This document shows, in pieces, positions 52,979 to 62,500 of a DNA stretch of 64,000 nucleotides (positions within the stretch are counted from its first letter, which is position 1; each line of letters starts with the position of its first letter). The notes beneath the pieces are model-generated. The model was not told the DNA's origin. It made no database searches and worked only from the letters and a program-made list of their open reading frames with translations. Position numbers and translations under genes: made by a program. Source of the stretch: a virus; the IMG/VR virus record IMGVR_UViG_3300030117_003369, positions 1 through 64,000 of that record. The stretch is one strand, 5' to 3'.

Positions 52979-53594
52979 GCGCCTCACTCCAACCCCTCTG
53001 TATTCTGAGTACCCCATTTTTGTCGCCATTCATCCATATTGAAAGTATTAACAGTCTCTCCTTCAAAAGAAGGAGGTTTGTCATTAACATAAAATGGTGG
53101 CATTATTGATGAGAATTGGTATTCATCATCGTTTATTTCACTATCAGTTGGGGGGAGATGTGTTAAGAATTGAGGAGGAACTTTGTTTGGAAACCTCCAA
53201 TCATCCTCAAAAATCCGCTGAGCAGTGTAACTATTTGGTGTTCTCCCAAGGTGTTCATCTCCAAATCCAAAATAAGGTTCAGGAGTACCTGCACCTTGTC
53301 TTACACCTATAAGCACTGGTTTAGAGGAGGGTTGTTTCGCAGTACCTACATCAAGTTTTCCATAATACTGTGCACCGCTCAGTGAAGGGGTGACAAATGC
53401 ACCCCGAAACGCATCCCCCCAATCATTTTTATCTTTAGCCCTCAATCCTTCTCTCATAATAGAGGGCACTCTATGTTGCTTAGTTCCATGAAAATACATC
53501 ACAGGGCCATAAGGACTTGGCATATCAGGGTGGAACTCACCAAGCGTAGTCTGACGCTTTAGTATCATCCAAGCCTCATCCATTGGTGTCATGC
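52887..53594. repeat. 94 bp direct repeat (52887-52980 and 53501-53594)
   Basis: Five mismatches by eye, encoded peptide identical. Confidence 0.9.
52984..53592 (-). CDS. Tagged ADP-ribosyltransferase-like protein (HYE/KptA-type pattern)
   Basis: YFHGT...SIMREGL...GAFVTPS...AQYYG...VPPQFL. Confidence 0.65.
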   Translation of the reverse strand: MTPMDEAWMILKRQTTLGEFHPDMPSPYGPVMYFHGTKQHRVPSIMREGLRAKDKNDWGDAFRGAFVTPSLSGAQYYGKLDVGTAKQPSSKPVLIGVRQGAGTPEPYFGFGDEHLGRTPNSYTAQRIFEDDWRFPNKVPPQFLTHLPPTDSEINDDEYQFSSIMPPFYVNDKPPSFEGETVNTFNMDEWRQKWGTQNTEGLE

Positions 53595-53597
53595 CAC

Positions 53598-56500
53598 TCA
53601 CTCCCCGCTATGGTCGCCTGTATTATAACTTGCATCCCCATCACTACCTTTTGGATGTAGTGTTTGGCTGTGCCTCGGCTGCACATTGTAATCGCCTTCT
53701 TCATCATCAGGAGACTTGCGACTTGCATCTGCTCTGAAGTGCTCAAGTGTGTTTTCAGACATAACTACTCTTGCTACCGGAGATCGGATGTCAGTCTTGT
53801 CATATCCTGTTACATCGACACCCTCAATCTTAGGCCCTTGACTTGTAGGTACTGTTGTGCTAGAACCGGGTGTAATCGAATAAACAGGTGCATATGGTGG
53901 GCTGCTAGGAGTACCTGTCAGTGCACCCGGTGCGTCACTTGTGAACAGTCCATATTTGCCTCCGGCTGTCGCTCTATAGAAGTTAGAGCCAACTTGGTCT
54001 GCACTGCTCTTCATTACAGGAGCAGGTCTGAAGAACTGTATGTGTTTACTGTCCAATACTTGAGCAGGTCTATACAAGAACTCTATCTTAGAATCAGTAA
54101 AATTAGTATTCTGTATAATAGGGTCGTGGTTAGCATCTTGGTATGGGTTGGACGAAGTAGATACACCCGTCTGCCCCCATCCCTTGACATCTAATACGCC
54201 TGAATGTCTGCTCCATTCCATGATGTAAGTGCCACCTAAAGGCCAGTATGCGTGTGCATTGGAGAATCTTGTAATTCCAGCAACCGGATTGGTGCTGAAG
54301 TTTAGAGCAGTCAGATCGAAATTACCTAATGTGCGACTGCCACCAGTCATGGCTCCTCTTAGATTGGTTCTCTGTCCCACTTCTCTGTCAGTGTGCAAAC
54401 TTGCTGCTTCCGTGGACATGATAACATACTCTCTGCTGACACCATCATTGAGTTCAGCGATAGTATCTACATCTAATCCCATTCGGATATCATCTCTAGC
54501 AACAGGGTCTACTAATCTAGTATCAGCAGTTACAGTTTCTACTCCTTCACCGACAGATGAACTTGGCTTGAGCAAGCCATCTTCGTCAGCCAAATCTAAT
54601 CTTGCACTAATACCTCTATCTATTTCGCTTGGCTGTAGTATTTCGTTACTTGGCCTAACTAATCCCTGTCCAAACGCAGGCTCGGCTGTGCTATGAGACA
54701 GGACTAAGCCTGTAGCCTCGTGTGTTTCGCTAACATCCATGAGCATACTTTCATTGAATACTGTAGGCCAGCGAACCCCTCTTCCATCTCCTCTGTCACC
54801 GACACGCATAGCGCTGGCTGGGTTAAACCAATCCGCAGTGCCCATGTTACTTGCATCGTTATTGGCAGTGTTAGCGTTACCACTGTAGCGGTCATTTCCG
54901 TCACCACCAAACAAGTCGTGTGCTGCTGGTCTATGAGTTACATTGGTGTCTTTGTAAGCATCTTCAGGGTCCCAAGATGGTCTGATACCAAATCCTCTTA
55001 CAGGGAATCTGCGAACATCTTCTCCACGAGTATTGCCCCACCAATCCACTAGGTAGTATCGATGCGCATTTGCTAATTCTGAAATGCCTTTACCTGCATG
55101 GTCGCCCGGATATTCTCTTCTGACTGTAGATGCATTTCTTATGGTTCTGATAGCACAACCAAACGGCTCAGTCATTCTTCTACCGTCGCTGTATCTGACC
55201 TGTCGCCCGATTTGGTCTTGGTTCAGCAGTGCACTGATTTGAGTTAATCTCTCAAGTATTCCTATGTAAGTAGCATTGAATGTTATGTCTGATTGAGAGC
55301 CAGTGTCCGTACCGACATAATCCCATCCGTTTGACTTGGTGTCTTGCTGTACAAATGGCCCATGGTAGTAACCTAACAGGGCGTTTGCATTAGCCACTTC
55401 TAACCAACCTCTGACATAGTTAGCCCAGCGTGGTCTATTGTATGCCTGTCTTATTCCAAATCTATAACCGAAGCAGTAATTGCGAGCGTATGCTGATGCT
55501 GATGTCATCTCTGCGTATGTTCTAGTTCTAACTCCAGTGTTGTCGTCAAATCCACCACATTCCATTCCATGTGTTTCGCCGCCCCAGCCAATCAATGCTG
55601 TTGCATAAGATTCTAAACGACTTACTGCGCCACCACCGTGCGAACCACCCGGCCAAAAGCCTGCAAAGTTATACTTCTCTGAACTATCTGTACCACCTTG
55701 GTGATTTAGAGTACCGGAACCATCGACAAGTGCATCTATTTGTGCAGCAGTGTATATCGATCCATCGTGACTTAGTGCTGTACCGCCATCATTGTCATGG
55801 TCGTGAGGCGGCGCTACCCACTTCATAGCAAAGCCAAACGGACCCTTGCTAGCGACATAGTTGAAGTCGTGATAATGTATAGTTTCAAAGAACTCAGGCA
55901 AATGGTTGTAAGGCTTTTTGTCTATAGGGGTATCTGCCACTCCGGTCTTGTCGTAGAAGTTACGAGTGCCACCTGTAGCAGTGTCACTGTACCAAGTAAA
56001 CGGTCTACCTAGATTTGGATGCCACATACAAAGATATGCGTCAGGTAAGTGTAGGCTGTTTGTGTCACCTGTACCATCAACTAATGATTTACCAAATCTC
56101 TCTTCCAATTGCTTTGGAGGGAAGAGTCTAGTCGCTATGCTGGATTTGACATCTGTGTAAATGCTATCAGAAGCGTATGTGTTGTAAGGTCTAGTCAATT
56201 TCAAAACAGCGTTTGCTGCAAGATTTGCCCAAAACTCTGCACTACCTGTCACACTCTCAAATGTAGTAGATACACCCAAAGTAGCGTGTGCCAAAGTACC
56301 TGTGCGGTTGCCATAAGTAGCAGTGTATGTTATTCCATTCTTAGTGTATTCCAACTGTTCACCATAATACGGATCGACAGGGAATAAGTCGTTATTATCG
56401 ACTGTGATTGTAGAGCCTCCGCTGTTAGTAGCGAGCACGACACAAGTTGGATTTAGGCTTCTATTGCGCCTGTGTACTTCGTAAATATCCATGAATGATG

Positions 56501-59500
56501 TAGGATATCCAGCAATTGTAATCTGTGCGCCCACGCAACCATAAGACATTCTGCAGAACTCGTAGTAGTTGTCAGGCTTGTGCCACTCTAAGTGCTTGAA
56601 CTTGTTAGCGCCGCTAGCAGTAGCACCGTCTTTGTGCAAAATACCCCACCAAGGAATTGTAACTGTGTAGCCCGGAGTAGCACTACTAAACATTCCCGGC
56701 TTGTAAGGTAGGCTTCTTCGACTCAGTGAAGGAGATGTAGTTTCCTGTACACCTAACGGGTTGTAAAGACCTAAAGAGGGGATATTTGCAAAATGGCTAC
56801 CGGAATCCGGCTCTATGTCGAGTATGACTTCATTGATAATTACTTCACAACCTCGTACATCAGCCATAATTGCTTCAGACAAAATGAGTGTGTGTGCTCC
56901 ATTTGTGCTAATATCTTGTTCAATTGCAATTACGGTGTTTACTTGTTGCCCAGTCAATTCAGTAACTTTGTCTCCGCTTTCAGAAGGTGCCTTAGCAGCA
57001 TCACTGTGGTTCAAATGGAAACCTTTGAGTTGCTGCGCAAACACATTCGGCTGTATCACAATTTGATAAGCACCGACTTCCATCGGATCGGGGAAGTGGT
57101 TATTGAGTGTGTATGTACCAGCCGCCTCTAATACTAATTCGTGTCCGCCAGCAGCATTCTTGCTACCTGCATCACCCACTGATGCCGCTATACCATAGCC
57201 CTCGTACTTGACTTTAGTTTCAGTCAATAGTGTAAATCCTCCACCGTGTATGTCAGATGGAGAGAACGCAGCAGTTGGTCCTGAGAAGTAAATGTAAGGG
57301 TCACGACCCGGTTCGTGCGTAGTTGTAGTTGCAGTTGCACTGGTTCTCGTACCTTCATTTGTACCAATCAAACTATCGATTGCAGGTGAATTGTTAGAAG
57401 TTCTACAACTTTGATTCAACTGATACAATCTTTGGTATGCAGGGTGAGCATAATGACCCGGCATCAAAGCCATAGTTGGATTGACATAATGGTGCCCCAT
57501 TCTTGGGACAGGCATAGGTGTCATCTTTGGCTTGACAATATTAGTATGTGCCGTTGATGGCCTAGACATGGCACCTGTATTTGCAGGTAAAGCGCCGTAC
57601 AGTGTGAACCAATCTGTAATCTTCATGTCAGGACTTGCACCACTGTATTCACTATGGTCCCGCAATCTACGGGATGCGAATATACGAGTGCTACCGGCAG
57701 GCATGTAGTAACTTGGTACAACCTTGAGGCCAGTTTTACCTGTAACAAACTCTACAAAATCAGGACTGTAAACTACACCTGTAAACTTGTTAGTCCCTAC
57801 ACCCGTATAAGAGGCAATTACACCTTTGTCAGTTGTTGGGTCATAAACTCTGAGGAAATATCTACCGCCACTTAATTCATTTGAATCAGTCCAAGTGGCA
57901 GTTTCAGGAGTAGAAGTTACAGTTATTTCTGTACCACTATAACTACTGTATGTCAATTCATCGACATCATCTCTGTGAGTCATACTCACACCCATCTTCG
58001 TTACATGGAAGTACAGGCTTCTGTCGTGTGGCTCATAAGATGTAGTCAATGGCTTGTTATCTGTATGGTCTAACCAACCTTCAGATGTAGAAGCAGGGAA
58101 ATTAAGTCTATGTTCATGCTTATCAATAGATACATCTGTCAAGTCTTGACTCAAATGCTCCCAACCATTATTCTCCCAAGTAGGCCAAAGGCGAGGACCT
58201 GCGTATGTATTGTCGAATATTTCCTTAATGTGCTGTACTGGTTGCGATGGGTGCTGAAGGCCACCTGAACCAATAGTTTCATTCTGATAGGCTTGAATGC
58301 GATCGAATCCGGGTCTGACAATTATGTTGCCCGGTATTTCATCAGGATTAGGTAGCCTAATCTTCATGTTAGGGGAAACACCTGTACCTGCCAATGCTGG
58401 GGCTAGACCTTGTATTTCTCTATCACTAACATGTCTAAAGTCCATAATAACTGTACCTAACGGAGAGCCACCTTCTAGTCTGTGCTCTTGACCCGTGTCG
58501 TCTACAACTGTCATGCTTTGGAATTGCATCTCTTCGTTTGGAATCATCAACGCATTCTTGATTTCTATTGGATGCTGTTCTGCCAACTGCGGGTGCGCCA
58601 ATTCCTGCGCTTGTATAACAGGGAACATTGCAGAGTTTGTAGATTCAAAACTAAACCTAACATTACCTAATACCTTTTCACCCACTAACTTGTACGAACC
58701 GCCGTCCTTTCGCTTCACCCATGGAACAGCCCCTAACCCTCTAGCATTAGCGGCAGGCATAGTTAGGCTACCGCCATCCATGCGCTTCCAAACTACATGT
58801 TCAGCCGAGAAGTTACGAGCAGCACTTCGCTTTTGATAATAACCAAACAATCCGGGGTGAGGCATAGCAGTGGTTGCTGCTGCAGGATTTAGGTAGTCCT
58901 TTATACCACTATTACCAATACATTCTACTCCATATGTACCAAAGTCCTCGTGGAAGTTAGAACCTTTGACTATACTCTCATCCCAATACAAATCACCAGT
59001 AGGGTGTAAACAAGCGTTGGCCTGTACCATGTCACCCGATTGTATTGTACGATGCCATTCTGCATCTGACGGAACAGCATTAGTTGCCGGATAATCTGTA
59101 TTGTCAAACGGTCTAGTGAAACCAGTGTGCATCTGTGCTTCTACACGAGGCCCAGCGTTAGCGTAAGCAACATATCTCGATTTGTTGTGCACTTTACCTG
59201 TGTCCCATTGAATTGTACCAGCGTGTAAAATGTTACCATTTTCCTTTGCCATCAGCCAATCGCCTGAACAAAGTATACCATCTCTGTCTGCTTTAGCAAT
59301 GAGTGGCAATTCACTTTCATTTGTGATTGCGATGAGGTGCCTTGAAGATAAACCGTTTACGCAATAATCGGAGAAAGTTGCCGTAGCAGTATCACCAGTG
59401 CCCACAGGGGCAGACGATGCTAAACAAGTTTCAGCAGCACCATACGGATTGAACCCAAGGAACGGATGCCAAGCGCCAAGTCCGGCAGGGTAGACTCCTG

Positions 59501-62500
59501 AGCCTATCTGAGTGCCTGTGTAAGAATTGAGATAGGAATAGGCTTCACCCGCCCAACCCACTGCGCCGATTGGCTTGGTTCTGTCTATTGCATCAATTAG
59601 CCCATTGTAGTGTACTTGACACATGTGATCTCGTGCAGTTACAGAGTTGTCGTTATTGTGCCTATGCGTACCGGCTTTAGTCCAAACATACGCCTTGTAA
59701 GTATTGTCTATCGTCAAATCCCTCATGTTTGTAGGGTCGGTTACATTAGAGTTAGCAATGACAGTATTGATTGAAACTCTAGCATCGCCTGAAGAGCCAC
59801 CTTGTTCAATAATCACCAGTTCTCCTGCTACATAGCCTGAGCCTGCATTAGTGATTGCGACACCTGTGACTCGACCTGCACTCACTGATGTTATTTCCAC
59901 AGTCAAGCCAGTACCGGAACCTCCAGTTGTAGGTAAACCTGCTGCTGTAGAATATCCAGCACTTCCCGGCGCTGCAATCGCTATGACGGAAGGGGTACTA
60001 AGGGCTGGACTTTTACCGAGTGTAAATGTAGTATTAGGTGCACTTATCGATTGACTAATGTAAGGTGCATAACCTGAGTTTGTCCCATCACTAAACCTAA
60101 GCCAACCGTAATCAGGAAGCGTGGTTGCCACACTAGTTACCCTAACAGAAGCAGCAGTGCCTCCTGATTGAGCAGTATACTGATTTACTGCAAGTTCTAC
60201 CCAACCGTACCTGTCCTGCTTGTGTGCGTTTTGCATAGATGGCAAGAATGTACCACCAATAGCCTTGAGAGGGTCTTTGCCGGGGAATGTATTGATAGAT
60301 GCGCTGATAACCGCCCCTAACTCTTCTGCGTTTTGTACACGGGTAGCATCAATTAACACTATGTTTTGGTCGCTCACTTGGTCGTCTGCAGAGCCATATG
60401 CTGCGACATAAGCCTCCGCTAACAACCCGCATGGCCTAAATGCAGACACATTGTGTTTGTTAGTACCACCTGTGGCTAATCTACCATTTTCAATTGGGTG
60501 CTTTGGATTTAGATTTACATGGTTATCAAGGAAATGACCGCCCGGATGATAACCTCCATCCATGTGCCAAATTGCAAACGCTTTCTTTGTAGCAGCATGC
60601 GAAGCACTCTGTAAAGTATTGCCAGCCAAATCGGTGAATGCGTGATTGAAAGGATGCGCTGTTGGCGGGAATGTCAGATGCGGAGAAGTAAAGTCTGAAC
60701 CTTCATAATAGAACGCCCTATCATATGTTTGTGCAAAACTATCTCCACTGCTTGCGTGTACTGCTACACTTGGGAATCCCTTAGTTGGCTCCCAATTCAT
60801 ATCATAATTAAAAGCGCTAAGTCTATTCTTTTGGAAGAAAGTCGTCCTTGGTAAATGAGCAGATGCAGCCAAAGTTCTGTTGAATCCACTTAAAGTGTCG
60901 TGTCCATTTGCCAATTGATTTGGTAAGAATGACGGAGAGTCACCCGTTGTGTAAATTGGCACGGCACTGTACCCGTTACCTGTAGTTACTATGTTCGATC
61001 CTTGCGGCTCAAATGTAGCACTGTTGTGAGGGAAGGCTTGGCCGGGACCAAACACCATGTAGATAGTTTGGTCGTTAGTATCTCCTGAAGAAGTGTACCT
61101 AGCGTGTGGGTGAGCAAACCGTAGTATGATAGGGCTTGGTAAGTTTACAGAAACTGTATTTGTACTGTCAGTGTAAGTCGTACCCGTGGCTTTGCTATTT
61201 GCACCTTTAGCCATATCAAACGGCAAAATGCCATCTTGGTTGAATAGAGGCGGGTTGTTTTTCCCTTTATGGTCGTCTAAGTATGGTGTACCGGGAAACA
61301 TAGCCAGCATGGCGTTAGTATCAAGGAGAGCATAAGAGCCAGCGATTTCTCCGACATTTTGTAGTCCGGCAGAACCTGTTGGGCCACCAGCATAAGGGTG
61401 CGTATAGAAATCGCCATAATCATTCTGAGTGCCGTCATTTACATCCATGACTACTCCGCTGAAGCCACCACCAAAGTACAACGGTACCCAGTGGTCCGGG
61501 CTATCTCTGCCGCCTCTAAAGTAAAGGAATGGGCTGGACATTTTGCTTCCAGCCCTACGGACTCCATCGGTTTTCATTCCGTTTTTGACATCACCGTTTC
61601 GCATCAAAATATCTGTGTTTCCACAATATGATGCAAAATTAGCGCTAACACCTGTAGCCGCTCCGTAAGTAAGTTTGGTTTCAACTGCCGCACCGGGTTT
61701 ACTAACGACTTCTGCATACTCCTCTGAACCCCACCAAATTGTAAATCGCTCGCCCCAAGCCTGTGCGTTGTCGGAACCCGGTACGCATATTGAGTACAAG
61801 TAACTGTTGCTATGGGTGGTTAGTTCGGTACCACTGTCAGCACTCAATAGAATCATAGGGCTATCAACCTTTGGAATGATATGGTCGCCCGCTATGCTAG
61901 TGTAATTGTCACCACGAAGGTTTCTTTGCCATGTCGATGCATCAACAGGGTTGTTTTGATTATCGACTAGTATAGGAGTGGCAGTATTAGCGTTAGTCCC
62001 TCTATAGCGAGTGGTAATGTGTAATACGGTTTCAGGGATATAACCCACATCTAATCGTGTACCGTCATCCCTTTCACTGTCACTAAGTCCACCAGTGTGC
62101 TTCGTTGAAACAACGGCGTCACTACTTGCACCCTCAACTAATCCCCAATCTTTGCCTCTCGACACCTCAAACAATTTGTTGAGTGGTGTTTTGGCTTTAG
62201 CATTAGACCTAACTTTGATTGCTTTAGGGCTAACTCCCCATTCTGCAAGCGTCTTGCCATCAGGTGCAAACATATGCGTACAGTCAAAGTAGTTGCCATC
62301 TTTTGTTGGGTCAGCATTCATAGCAAACTCAACTGCCGCTGCAATTACTTCGTCAGTGAGTACGCTTGTGAAGTTGATTCTTGGACTGATTAACAACCCC
62401 TCATTACCAGTTATAGCACGACCACCTGTACAGCCATAGAAGTAGTGCTTGTTAGATGCACCAGTATCACCATCGTGGTCGTAATGAGATCGGCTGGTGT

